Below are positions 20,072-29,893 of a stretch of 64,000 nucleotides of DNA, piece by piece. The notes under the pieces are model-generated. The model was not told where the DNA came from and did not search any database. It saw only the letters and a list, made by a program, of their open reading frames with translations. How positions within the stretch are numbered: position 1 is the stretch's first letter; the number at the start of each line of letters is the position of its first letter. Both the position numbers and the translations under genes were made by a program. The DNA is from Candidatus Dojkabacteria bacterium (lineage in GTDB: Bacteria > Patescibacteriota > Dojkabacteria > B142 > OLB20): assembly GCA_046753765.1 (NCBI GenBank), contig JBHHUN010000004.1:5359-69358 (forward strand). Direction: 5' to 3'.

Positions 20072-20899
20072 ATGGAAAGTTCTGGGAATAGAGGAACAAC
20101 AATTATACTTTTTGTAGTCATAGGCGCCCTTATTATAGGCCTTGTTGGCATTGGTTCGGTAATATACACTCTTTTGACTAGCAACCAGCCTTTTAGTACT
20201 GGATCTACTTCAGTACAGGCTTCATCTGGTGAACAAAACACTGTAACGCCTGACGTAGAGCCAATCTCGACCCCCATCGAAAGAGATTTCGACTATAATT
20301 TCGCCATTAAAGACAGAAACACTTACAATTCGGACAACGTATTCGCTGTTGCAGCAAGCAAATCGGACACTGATTCACCCTCAGTTGCCGGAATATCCTT
20401 CCCTACACCAAAAGCAAAAGAAGGGGTTCGCGATGTCATCCTCACAAAAAAGGTTATAAATCATACGAATGCTGTGGTTAAAGCCGGCAAAAAGAAGATC
20501 AAAGCGTCTTCGATCAGAAGGATCTCGATCCCTTCTGTAAACATTAATTCTCCCATTGTACAGGGGCAGAATGGAGATGCAGCCCTTGATCAGGGTATGT
20601 GGTTGTATCCTTCGCAGTACGCTAAAGGCGAGAAGATTCTTCTCTGCCACCGTAGATACTTCGGCACAAACGATCCCAGGTCGTGCTGGTTTATCGACCG
20701 TGCAAACAGAGGCGACATTATTAAGATTATCGACAAAAACGGAAAGGTAGCAAAATATAAGATCAAGTCTCAATCCGTAAGGAAAGGAAACGATCTGAGT
20801 ATCTTCAAAGCCTCAAGTGATGACATCATCAAGATCATCACCTGTACCCCCCTGGGTAGCAGCTCACACCGTCTGGTAACCATTGCCAAAAGAGTCTAA
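20072..20899 (+). CDS. Sortase
   Basis: N-terminal TM, ISIPSVNINSPIV, and the His (LCHRR), Cys (IITCTP), Arg (SHRL) triad. Confidence 0.88.
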   Translation: MESSGNRGTTIILFVVIGALIIGLVGIGSVIYTLLTSNQPFSTGSTSVQASSGEQNTVTPDVEPISTPIERDFDYNFAIKDRNTYNSDNVFAVAASKSDTDSPSVAGISFPTPKAKEGVRDVILTKKVINHTNAVVKAGKKKIKASSIRRISIPSVNINSPIVQGQNGDAALDQGMWLYPSQYAKGEKILLCHRRYFGTNDPRSCWFIDRANRGDIIKIIDKNGKVAKYKIKSQSVRKGNDLSIFKASSDDIIKIITCTPLGSSSHRLVTIAKRV

Positions 20900-20961
20900 C
20901 CCATTAGGAAGTACGTTCCCCCTGTGATATTATTTAGCTTACAATTTAGCTAAATACAACC

Positions 20962-23904
20962 ATGTTTGGTTTTTTCAAGAAATTTTTTGATCCTACGCGA
21001 GCTGCAATCAAAGAAGCTGCCCCTATAGCCGAAGACATACTATCGAGAGAGAAAACTATCTCAAAGTTAAGCATCGAGCAGATGCGTAGCCGGGTTGATG
21101 AGATGCGTGAAGAGCTCAAACCCCTTCTTGGGAAGGTCCCCGAAGAGGCGAAAGCTGCCATTAAATCAATCGAGTCTGCAGAATCTCCTGATTACGAACT
21201 CAGGATCCAGGAGAGGCTGCATGAGTACATTCCGGAGCTGTTCGCAATTCTAAGGGAAATAAATAACCGCAAATTCGGTAAGAAACACTTCAAAGTCCAG
21301 TTGATCGCAGCAGTAATACTCGCTAAAGGGCACCGTCTCAACGAGCTTCGAACAGGAGAGGGGAAAACTCAGGTATTTCATATGCCTGCCGCCCTGTACG
21401 GTATTACGGGTCGCGGGTCGCATGTTATTACTGTCAATGACTACCTTGCAAGACGTGATGCAGAGTATGCTGGCCACGCAGTAACCGATCTTGGTATTAA
21501 GGTTGGTGCTATTACACCGCAAGCTGCATACAAGTTTGTACCCGATGAAGATCTAGCCGAAGTAAAGGGGAAAGACGCTGCAAAGGAGCGCAAAAAGATA
21601 AATGTCGGGACACTAAGCGACATGAAGGGCATCAACTTAATTGAAGTCGATAAAAAAGAGGCATATGAGTGCGACATTGTTTATGGGACCAACAATGAAT
21701 TTGGGTTTGATTATCTTCGGGATAACATGGCCTATGAGCTTGAAAATCGCGTTCAGAATGAGCTTTATTTCTGCATTGTTGACGAAGCCGATTCTATTCT
21801 CATTGATGAAGCCAGAACTCCGCTTATTATCTCTGCACCTGCGGAACAATCTAACGAGATGTACCTGCAGTTCTCAAAATTAGTAACCAAACTCAAGCAG
21901 GACAAGCATTATGACATAGATGAGAAATCGCATTCCGTAACCCTTACTGAAGAAGGTGTTGAATACGCCGAAAAACTCCTGGGTGTAAAAAACCTCTGGG
22001 AGGACTACCGTTATGCGCATCATCTTGATAATGCACTGAAGGCTGCGGTTTTGTACAGACGGGACGATGAGTACCTTGTTCGTAATGGTAAGGTTATGAT
22101 TGTTGATGAGTTTACTGGTAGGGTCCTGCCCGGCCGAAGATACTCTGAAGGATTACATCAAGCGATTGAAGCAAAAGAGGGCGTTGAGATCAAGCGTGCA
22201 TCAAGAACAATGGCAACAATTACCTTTCAGAACTTTTTTAAGCTGTACAAGGTATTGGCAGGTGGGTCAGGTACAATCATCACTGAGGCCGAGGAGTTCG
22301 GAAAGATCTATAGCCTCGAATCATATGCTATCCCAACAAATAGACCAGTCATCAGGAATGATCGATCTGACAAGATCTACAAAAACAGAGCAGCAAAATT
22401 TAATGCTGTCGCTGAAGAGATTGTTGAGATTAATAAGACGAAGCAACCAATTCTTGTGGGTACTGCATCCATAGAGGACTCAGAGTACCTGTCTGGTGTA
22501 CTTGATAAAAAAGGAGTTGAGCATGAGGTGCTGAACGCCAAATTTCATGAGCGCGAAGCTCAGATTGTTGCTAATGCAGGTCTTAAAGGCGCAGTAACCG
22601 TTGCAACAAACATGGCTGGCCGCGGTACCGACATTCCACTTGGACCAGGAGTCGAGGAGCTTGGTGGACTGTACATCATTGGCACACAGCGCCACGAATC
22701 AAGGCGCATTGACAACCAGCTACGAGGTCGTGGAGGACGACAGGGACAGCCGGGAGTATCGCAGTTTTTCGTTGCACTTGATGATGAGATAATGCGAATT
22801 CAGGGTGGTGAAATCATTCAGAAGATTATGAACGCCACGAAAATACCCGATGATCTCCCAATTCAAAACCCACTCATTAACCGAACAATCGAGTCGGCAC
22901 AAAAAAAGATGGAGGGGCACAACTTTGACATTCGAAAAAGGCTTGTCGACTATGACAATGTAATGAATCAGCAACGTGAGATCTTCTATGTCAGGCGTTT
23001 TAATTTGCTTGCAAGGGTTGAGGCTGCAGAAAAAAGTGACGATGAGAAGGTGAAAAAGCAGAAGATAGAAGAGATTAAGGAGGATATACTGGATATCATC
23101 GATGCGCAACTAGATTCTATCGTTTCTAAGCATTTCGCGAGCGATCGAGAGGACGATACTGACAGAGAGAAACTAGTCAAAGATTTCCTTGATCTCGCAC
23201 ACGATACTCTCATTGAGGGGGCTTACAAGAAACTTGGGGGGAAGCAAAAGGGTGAAATCGGTGAGGCTATTGCAAAGGAGATCTCTGACAAAAAAACCGA
23301 GGAGATTCACGACTATCTAGCAAAGATAGTAAAGGAAATCTTTGACCTAAAAACTAGAGAGTTTAGCGACTCTCTCCCCGAAATCTACAAGATCACAGTC
23401 CTGCAGAGCATGGACGAGCTTTGGACCGAGCACCTTAATGCAATGGGAGATCTTAGGGAAGGTATAGGCCTCAGAGGCTATGCCCAGAGGGATCCTCTAG
23501 TAGAATATAAGAATGAGGCATTCATTTTATTTGATAGGTTTATAGCAGCGATAGACTCCCAGGTATCCCGCAGAATTTTGAAGATACAGCGCGTTGCCAG
23601 ACAAACCCGGCCACAACCCCAACAGCTGAAAACAAACGAAGACCAGGTATCAGATATTTTGACCGGAACCCGGGAGATGGTCTCGAAGCTTAATGAAGTG
23701 CTCAAAGCAGGCAAACAAGCCCAGGAAAAGGTTGATCAACTTGGGGACAAGGTTCAGAAAACTGTTGTCAAGACTGATGCAGCTTATGGTCGAAATGACC
23801 GTGTCGATGTCAGGTACAGCGATGGAACCGAAAAAAAGGGAGTGAAGTTCAAGAAGGTTGAAGCGGATGTTGCTTCGGGGAAGGCGAGGGTTGTAAGCTC
23901 CTGA
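20962..23904 (+). CDS. secA: Preprotein translocase subunit SecA
   Basis: RTGEGKT, VTVNDYLA-like motif, VDEADSILIDEARTPLIIS, ATNMAGRGTDI, RRIDNQLRGR, QRDPLVEYK. Confidence 0.98.
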   Translation: MFGFFKKFFDPTRAAIKEAAPIAEDILSREKTISKLSIEQMRSRVDEMREELKPLLGKVPEEAKAAIKSIESAESPDYELRIQERLHEYIPELFAILREINNRKFGKKHFKVQLIAAVILAKGHRLNELRTGEGKTQVFHMPAALYGITGRGSHVITVNDYLARRDAEYAGHAVTDLGIKVGAITPQAAYKFVPDEDLAEVKGKDAAKERKKINVGTLSDMKGINLIEVDKKEAYECDIVYGTNNEFGFDYLRDNMAYELENRVQNELYFCIVDEADSILIDEARTPLIISAPAEQSNEMYLQFSKLVTKLKQDKHYDIDEKSHSVTLTEEGVEYAEKLLGVKNLWEDYRYAHHLDNALKAAVLYRRDDEYLVRNGKVMIVDEFTGRVLPGRRYSEGLHQAIEAKEGVEIKRASRTMATITFQNFFKLYKVLAGGSGTIITEAEEFGKIYSLESYAIPTNRPVIRNDRSDKIYKNRAAKFNAVAEEIVEINKTKQPILVGTASIEDSEYLSGVLDKKGVEHEVLNAKFHEREAQIVANAGLKGAVTVATNMAGRGTDIPLGPGVEELGGLYIIGTQRHESRRIDNQLRGRGGRQGQPGVSQFFVALDDEIMRIQGGEIIQKIMNATKIPDDLPIQNPLINRTIESAQKKMEGHNFDIRKRLVDYDNVMNQQREIFYVRRFNLLARVEAAEKSDDEKVKKQKIEEIKEDILDIIDAQLDSIVSKHFASDREDDTDREKLVKDFLDLAHDTLIEGAYKKLGGKQKGEIGEAIAKEISDKKTEEIHDYLAKIVKEIFDLKTREFSDSLPEIYKITVLQSMDELWTEHLNAMGDLREGIGLRGYAQRDPLVEYKNEAFILFDRFIAAIDSQVSRRILKIQRVARQTRPQPQQLKTNEDQVSDILTGTREMVSKLNEVLKAGKQAQEKVDQLGDKVQKTVVKTDAAYGRNDRVDVRYSDGTEKKGVKFKKVEADVASGKARVVSS

Positions 23905-23906
23905 GA

Positions 23907-24353
23907 TCAGGGTTCGGTTGGATTGGGAATGTGGCTTCTCTGTCTCGCATTCTTACACTCTACTCCTCCAGCTTCAAACATTGAGCACGCGCTAGGTTTG
24001 GTTTCACCGTCTTCTTCAATGCTACATAGCCCTTCTGTCGTAAGCTCCGGGCACTCCCCTCTTAGTACGCCTTTATAGCGACCATTCTCAGCATACAGAA
24101 CAAAGCCGTTATTTACGCTTGACAGACCAATGTCCATCCAGGAATCGTTGGAGGTGTCAACCACAAACCTTGGCTCTCTTCCTTCACTTTTGGCTCTGCT
24201 CCTTTCTCTGTCAATAAATCTCATGACTTCATCAGAACTCAAGTGGATATTGCCTAAGTCTCTGCAGCAGATGCGGTGAGTAACCCCATTCACGCACGTT
24301 GAGCACCAGTGGGTGTGTGCTTCGGAGGAGTAGCGTGGAGTTAATTCAATCAT
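23907..24353 (-). CDS. YkgJ-like cysteine-cluster protein
   Basis: CxxC...CC, then CPELTTEGLCSI and KPSACSMF. Confidence 0.6.
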   Translation of the reverse strand: MIELTPRYSSEAHTHWCSTCVNGVTHRICCRDLGNIHLSSDEVMRFIDRERSRAKSEGREPRFVVDTSNDSWMDIGLSSVNNGFVLYAENGRYKGVLRGECPELTTEGLCSIEEDGETKPSACSMFEAGGVECKNARQRSHIPNPTEP

Positions 24354-24356
24354 CCG

Positions 24357-25139
24357 TCAAGGTCTACGCGCTCTAATTCTATACGGCGTACCATATAATA
24401 ATTTATACCTGAAGTTGTCTCGAATTGTTCCTGATGAAGTCTGCCCAGCTCCTCTTATTTGATTCACTGATACGAGAGTGAACCCTGCCGAAATAAATAC
24501 AGCTTCGAATTCTGTTAATGTGTTCGCACCACCAGGTCCAACAAAATCGTCCCATTCGATCGATGCTCCAGGCATAGTAACCCGTTTAATCTCCTTCATG
24601 AAACTATTAAGATGTGTTGGATCCAGCAACCTCCATTGTTCGTTACCAGACTCTTTTGCAACTTCATGAACTACCTTCCTACCATCAAGTAGCCTGTAGC
24701 TTCTTGTATCTGCCAGCCGTGAAAAGGACCTTGCGACTCTTTCTAAGACCGACGCTGCCATGGGGGAATTCAATTCTTCTATTATCTGTTGGACTTCAGC
24801 AAAGATCTTTGTTGTACGCCGGTCACCATTGCTGGGATCAAGAGGTTCTGATGCAATATATGCAAAAGTTGCTGAAGTAATTACTCTTTCAAAATATGCC
24901 TCGGGCAAAGGTAATCTACGTTGTTGGTAACAATACCCACCTTTGATTCTAACACTTCCTTCAGGACCGAACCCTGGCTCTAAGTTAGGATCTATCGAAA
25001 CCACAAACATTCTATCTGCGTTAAAATCTGCTGGCTTCTGTGCGGTGTAACCAGTCCCAAAGGACAGGATCTTTTCTTTTCGTGCTCCCAATTGATGTAA
25101 GTCGACAGGAGTAGCCAATTCTGCTACTGATGTTGCCAT
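24357..25139 (-). CDS. Hypothetical protein, divergent class I SAM-methyltransferase-like fold
   Basis: ILSFGTG, VVSIDP, LPLPEAYFERV, FMKEIKRVTMPGA. Start MATSV (25139) preferred. Confidence 0.45.
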   Translation of the reverse strand: MATSVAELATPVDLHQLGARKEKILSFGTGYTAQKPADFNADRMFVVSIDPNLEPGFGPEGSVRIKGGYCYQQRRLPLPEAYFERVITSATFAYIASEPLDPSNGDRRTTKIFAEVQQIIEELNSPMAASVLERVARSFSRLADTRSYRLLDGRKVVHEVAKESGNEQWRLLDPTHLNSFMKEIKRVTMPGASIEWDDFVGPGGANTLTEFEAVFISAGFTLVSVNQIRGAGQTSSGTIRDNFRYKLLYGTPYRIRARRP

Positions 25140-25220
25140 ATACAGGTGAGCGCCATGGCGCGAAAAAATATATAGCATATATATTATCATAGAATATGTA
25201 TTTTTCAAGAGCAGTCAGCT

Positions 25221-25412
25221 TTAGAACTGCTTTCCTATAGATGCTTCAAATCTCTCGCCCTCTATAACCTCCAACCCTCTGAGTTCTAAACCAACACTGG
25301 TAAGAAGCGCAGAAAGATCGCTACTGCCTCCAATCAGGTGGCTAAAGCTGTCAACTACAGTAATCGTTCCACTATCCTTTAAAACACGTTCTAGCTGAAC
25401 AAAAAGTGTCAT
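25221..25412 (-). pseudogene. C-terminal fragment resembling the adjacent methyltransferase-like gene
   Basis: LFVQLERVLKDSGTITVVD...LTSVGLEL aligns by eye with FMKEIKRVTMPGASIEWDD...FISAGFTL. Confidence 0.4.
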
Positions 25413-25446
25413 TCCAATAAGAATCTGCTAAACTCAGTCAACTCAG

Positions 25447-27273
25447 ATGGATAGACCATTCGATCACAAAAAAAGAAATTCACTTAAAGAAACATTTCAA
25501 ACGATTGTCTGGAGTGTCCGGCTGGGTTTTCGTGTATCAGCCAAGTTTTATACTCTCAAATTTGTCCTCCGCATCGCTGGGACTGTGCTCCCCGTAGTCA
25601 GTACCTATCTTAACGCACTCATAATTGCCAGACTGGTGGAATTTCTTGGTAACTCAACTCAGGGAGATAGTTCACAGATAATCACTCTTGTTATTATTCA
25701 AGCCGGGGTCCTGTTTGTGAAGAGTTATAGCTTTGAATTTGAGGAATACATTCGAATGCGTTTTGATTACAAGTTTACACTCAAAATGATCCCGATTTAT
25801 ATAAACAGGATGGTTGAACTTGATATGCAATATCACGATGACCCCAGCTTCAGGTTTTTGCAGGAAAAGGTGGAAGACATTTTAAACTGGAAGGGAGTAG
25901 CTATTATGGACAGAGTAGCGTCACTGACTGCGAATATCATCGGTCTACTGGTGCTAGGGTATCTATTTGTGACCCTGAACGCGCTCTTCATTGTTGCTAT
26001 TTCAGTCCCTGTGATAGTGCACTTCTTCATTGATAATAAATTTGGTAAAAATGTTTACTACATCTGGGAGTGGAGTTCTGAAGAGAACACTGAAGCTGTG
26101 AACAGCTACTACACATTCAAGAGAAACACGACAAGTATCGCTGAAGCAAAAATATATGGCTTTGGAAACTATATTGCTGATCGGTTTAAGAGAATCGCCA
26201 ATAAATATATCAGTAAACTAATAAAGGAGAACAACACAAAATTTACGTTTATGGCTCTGGTCAATGCACTTGAACAGGTTGTATTCGCAGGAATCCAAAT
26301 CTGGCTAATCTTGCAAACACTTGCCGGTAAGCTAGTTTTAGAGGGATACGTTTTCTATCTACAGAATATCGGGACTCTCTCCCAAAATCTCAACATGCTG
26401 CAGAGTCATGTTTCAAAGCTGTATGAATTTTCTCTTTATATGTCAGACTTCAGACTGTTCCTCGAGATGCCTTCCAAACTATTGTTGTCTGATTCTGCTG
26501 TGAAAGTAACTCAGTCTCCACCATCAATAGAGTTCAAGAATGTATCCTTTAGATATCCCGCAGGGAAACAAGATACACTCTCAAATGTTTCGTTCAAGTT
26601 TGATGCTGGTGAAAAGATAGCGCTTGTTGGCAAAAACGGTGCGGGGAAGACTACAATTCTGAAATTACTTGCCAGATTTTATGACGTGACTAGTGGGGAG
26701 ATACTTGTAAATGGCGTTAATATCAAAGAATTAGACCTCCAGTCTTACTACAAGCTCTGGGGGATTCTCTTCCAGGATTTTGCGAAGTACTGGTTTTCTT
26801 TAAGAGAAAACATTGGGATCGGAAATACTGACGATATCCAGAATATGGAACTGTTAAAAGCTGCTGCTAACAAGGCTTCAATAGATGAGGATTTCATGTC
26901 GAAACTACAAAAGGGTTTTGATACAATGCTCAGCACAGAATTTGATCACGGGGTTGAATTGAGCGGGGGAGAATGGCAGAAAGTAGGAATCGCCAGAGGT
27001 TTGTTTGCTGATCCAAAATTGATCGTTCTAGATGAGCCAACGAGCGCTCTCGACGCAATTGCTGAGCAGAAGATCTTCGAAGAAATCCAAGCGATTGCAA
27101 AAGAAGCCACAACCATAATTGTTTCTCATCGATTTGCTACCGTGAGGAACGCAGACCGGATACTTGTATTAGAAAAAGGGACTATTACTGAGCAAGGCAA
27201 TCATGAAGAGCTTCTCGCTAGCAGTAAGCTCTACCACGAGATGTTTACCAAACAGGCCAAAGGATACAAGTAG
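25447..27273 (+). CDS. ABC exporter, fused permease/ATP-binding protein
   Basis: TM domain, GKNGAGKT, LSGGEWQK, LDEPTSALD, SHR. Confidence 0.93.
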   Translation: MDRPFDHKKRNSLKETFQTIVWSVRLGFRVSAKFYTLKFVLRIAGTVLPVVSTYLNALIIARLVEFLGNSTQGDSSQIITLVIIQAGVLFVKSYSFEFEEYIRMRFDYKFTLKMIPIYINRMVELDMQYHDDPSFRFLQEKVEDILNWKGVAIMDRVASLTANIIGLLVLGYLFVTLNALFIVAISVPVIVHFFIDNKFGKNVYYIWEWSSEENTEAVNSYYTFKRNTTSIAEAKIYGFGNYIADRFKRIANKYISKLIKENNTKFTFMALVNALEQVVFAGIQIWLILQTLAGKLVLEGYVFYLQNIGTLSQNLNMLQSHVSKLYEFSLYMSDFRLFLEMPSKLLLSDSAVKVTQSPPSIEFKNVSFRYPAGKQDTLSNVSFKFDAGEKIALVGKNGAGKTTILKLLARFYDVTSGEILVNGVNIKELDLQSYYKLWGILFQDFAKYWFSLRENIGIGNTDDIQNMELLKAAANKASIDEDFMSKLQKGFDTMLSTEFDHGVELSGGEWQKVGIARGLFADPKLIVLDEPTSALDAIAEQKIFEEIQAIAKEATTIIVSHRFATVRNADRILVLEKGTITEQGNHEELLASSKLYHEMFTKQAKGYK

Positions 27274-27843
27274 TTACTTTTTCCCGATCAACTCATTAGC
27301 TATCTTATCACGCAAAAACTCAGACTTTGACTTCCCCTCTCTATCGGCGCCCTCTTCAATGAAGCGCACTATATCGTCTGTGGCTATGAAGTTGAATTTA
27401 CGAAGGTCATCCATGCTTAACCCTGCCAGATAGTCCCTTACCACTTTATCAATGTTTTTGTCGCTGTATGAAAGCAAAGTCACAAGAGATGAGGTTGACC
27501 CTTTGACTATATCTGAAATCTTCTCTTCCTCAATATCTTCTGGCGAAAGAACTAATACTCTTTTTCTATTTGCCAAAGCCTGTCCGTATTGATAACCCAC
27601 ACCAAAAGATCTTTGGGAGAGTTCAACGACGACCAGGTCAGCGTCCTGAAGCAAACTGAGGTTCTTTAGTAGAAGTTCTTGAGGGGTTAAACCGTTCGTC
27701 TTGCCTTCTAAACGTTCGATTATCCAGGATTCGAGTACATCGTGGCCGGCCCTCTTAAACTCGTTGAGTATCTTATCGAAACGCTTCTTATTTGCATCAA
27801 GATGAGCTGTAGAAGCCGCAAAATAGATTTTTAATTTACTCAT
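27274..27843 (-). CDS. Nucleoside 2-deoxyribosyltransferase-like domain fused to C-terminal ribbon-helix-helix
   Basis: KIYFAAS, DADLVVVELSQRSFGVGYQ..A...K.VLVL; C-terminal KFNF...GKSKSEFLRDKI. Confidence 0.7.
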   Translation of the reverse strand: MSKLKIYFAASTAHLDANKKRFDKILNEFKRAGHDVLESWIIERLEGKTNGLTPQELLLKNLSLLQDADLVVVELSQRSFGVGYQYGQALANRKRVLVLSPEDIEEEKISDIVKGSTSSLVTLLSYSDKNIDKVVRDYLAGLSMDDLRKFNFIATDDIVRFIEEGADREGKSKSEFLRDKIANELIGKK

Positions 27844-27847
27844 GATT

Positions 27848-28582
27848 CTATGGGTTGTTACTGTCGGACTCCTGGTTACCGTCGTCCTCTATCCCGTCCT
27901 CATCTCCATCTCTGCCCTCTTCCTCACCTACCTCAATCTGTGTATCATCGGATGTGTCACCAGAATCTTCAGGGTCACTAGAGCTATCGGTCTCTGCTCT
28001 TTCGATTAACTCATCAATAAGTGTTCTAAACTGCTCTTCAGGGGAAATTCCGCTTGGAAAAACTACCCTTTCACCTTCAAGGTAAAATGTTGGTGTTGCA
28101 CTAACGCCCCTGCCATTTCCGTCTGCGACATCTGCGTTGACCCTGGCAATGACAGCCTCATTCTCCAGATCAGCTTTAAACTGATCAATATCCAGGTCGA
28201 GCTGTTTTGCATATTCAATAAGGTCGTCACTGCTAAGTGCAGTCTGATTGGCGAACAAAAGGTCATGATATTCATCGAATTTGCTCTGCTCACGCGCCGC
28301 CTCAGAGGCAACTGCTGCTGCGAATGCATTCTCGTGAATATTCTCTAAAGGAAAATGATGATACACAAACTCAAGCTTCTCACCGTACTCATCTTCAATA
28401 GTTTCAACTACCTTAAAAAAACTACCGCATGCGGGACACTGAAAATCACTAAACTCCTCCAATAAGACCGGCAGCTCTACAGGTTTTGGTTCTGGTTTCG
28501 AGGCATTAGAGATCAGTATTAGAAATACAACCCCAATGACTACAGCAATTACTATTATGGTTGTGCTCGATAGATTTTTCAT
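27848..28582 (-). CDS. DsbA-family thioredoxin-domain protein
   Basis: N-terminal TM, EFSDFQCPAC, HFPL, cis-Pro ATPTF, acidic tail. Confidence 0.9.
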   Translation of the reverse strand: MKNLSSTTIIVIAVVIGVVFLILISNASKPEPKPVELPVLLEEFSDFQCPACGSFFKVVETIEDEYGEKLEFVYHHFPLENIHENAFAAAVASEAAREQSKFDEYHDLLFANQTALSSDDLIEYAKQLDLDIDQFKADLENEAVIARVNADVADGNGRGVSATPTFYLEGERVVFPSGISPEEQFRTLIDELIERAETDSSSDPEDSGDTSDDTQIEVGEEEGRDGDEDGIEDDGNQESDSNNP

Positions 28583-28702
28583 AAAGATAGCTAGATTAGG
28601 CTAAAGTAGCTACTTTATATCACTAGGAAGCTCAAAATTGCAACAACACGGACGTGCTTAGCAGCCAATTTGCTATAATGACAGTCAGTAGATAATGTAC
28701 TT

Positions 28703-29398
28703 ATGTTTGTACCATTCTTCGATATAACCTATTTGATCTTCTCGCTCCCAGCAATATTAGTGGGCGTGGTAGCCAGCCTGCTTTTGCGTTACTGGACAGG
28801 TAAATACAGACAACAACTAAATGCCAACAGCGTTACTGGAGTCGAGGTGGCTGAACGAATCGCTCGTAAGCACGACTACCCGATACGGCTTGAGATCACC
28901 GAGCAACCACTTGGCGACAACTACAATCCCACCAACTCTACACTCACTCTCTCACGAGAGATAGCTCAAGAGAAGTCGATAACGGCGGTAGGAATCGCTG
29001 CACACGAGATGGGACACGTTGAGCAACATGCTTCGGGCAACGTCTTTTTCAGGCTCAGAACCTCAATCGTTCCAATAGTTAACCTTGGTAGCAGTCTCGG
29101 TTATTTTCTGTTGATAATCGGGATTATTATTGGACTTGTTCAGCTTGCCTGGTTGGGGATTGTCCTTTTTTCAGCAACAACGGTCTTTACACTTATTACG
29201 CTTCCTATCGAGCTTGATGCAAGTCGCAGAGCCCTTAAAATGATTCGCGAAAATCAGATTCTTTTCCCGAACGAAATCGGTGGTGTCAAAAAAGTGCTGA
29301 CTGCTGCTGCACTGACGTACGTTGCCGCAACACTCCAGTCATTCGGTGCCTTGATCTATTTCATTCTCCGTGTGCAGGGTATTGGACGGAACGACTAG
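28703..29398 (+). CDS. Membrane zinc metallopeptidase (YugP-like)
   Basis: AAHEMGH, TLPIELDASRRA, VLTAAALTYVAA. TGCTATAAT at 28671-28679. Confidence 0.9.
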   Translation: MFVPFFDITYLIFSLPAILVGVVASLLLRYWTGKYRQQLNANSVTGVEVAERIARKHDYPIRLEITEQPLGDNYNPTNSTLTLSREIAQEKSITAVGIAAHEMGHVEQHASGNVFFRLRTSIVPIVNLGSSLGYFLLIIGIIIGLVQLAWLGIVLFSATTVFTLITLPIELDASRRALKMIRENQILFPNEIGGVKKVLTAAALTYVAATLQSFGALIYFILRVQGIGRND

Positions 29399-29426
29399 CC
29401 GAAAAGAACTATTCCGAAATAAACAG

Positions 29427-29466
29427 CAAAAGACCCGAGCCGGTTTTACAAAACCAGCTCGGGTCT
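29427..29466. terminator. Hairpin terminator between convergent peptidase gene and rnpB
   Basis: AGACCCGAGC-CGGTTTT-AC-AAAACCA-GCTCGGGTCT with an A run on the left, giving a U tail for the minus strand. Confidence 0.75.
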
Positions 29467-29474
29467 ATCAAGCA

Positions 29475-29862
29475 ACTAGCCAATAAGCCGGATTCTGTAT
29501 CCTCCACCTTCGCCAAAGCTTCGGTGGATTGAGATAGCTATTTCTCTAAACAGAAAATTATTAAGCCTTGATAATTTCCCGTTTCCAAATTCTGGTGCCC
29601 TGAATTTCCCAGGTTGCTCCAGGCAGGGGTTACACAGCACCAGATAATTGCTTACCTGGCCGGTGGTCTCTTACACCACCCTTTCACCCTTACCGCGTCA
29701 ATTCTAAGAACTAACGAGGCGGTTTGCTTTCTGTTGCCCTGTACCGTAAGTTCACACCTACCCGTGTCACCACGGTGCCATGTTTACCCACCCGTGGTGG
29801 GCGGAGTCCGGACTTTCCTCCAAGCCCATTTACAAACGGACTCGGCAGCTATCTAAGCTAGT
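29475..29862 (-). ncRNA. rnpB: RNase P RNA
   Basis: Minus-strand GAGGAAAGTCCGGACTC and 3' ACAGAATCCGGCTTA universal motifs; P1 ACTAGC/GCTAGT; TGCTATAAT immediately upstream (29869-29877). Confidence 0.95.
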
Positions 29863-29893
29863 ATATGTATTATAGCAAAATCAGCGTTGGGGA

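Noticed and set aside
29614-29856. 80-aa ORF in the track
   Set aside because: It is antisense to RNase P RNA.
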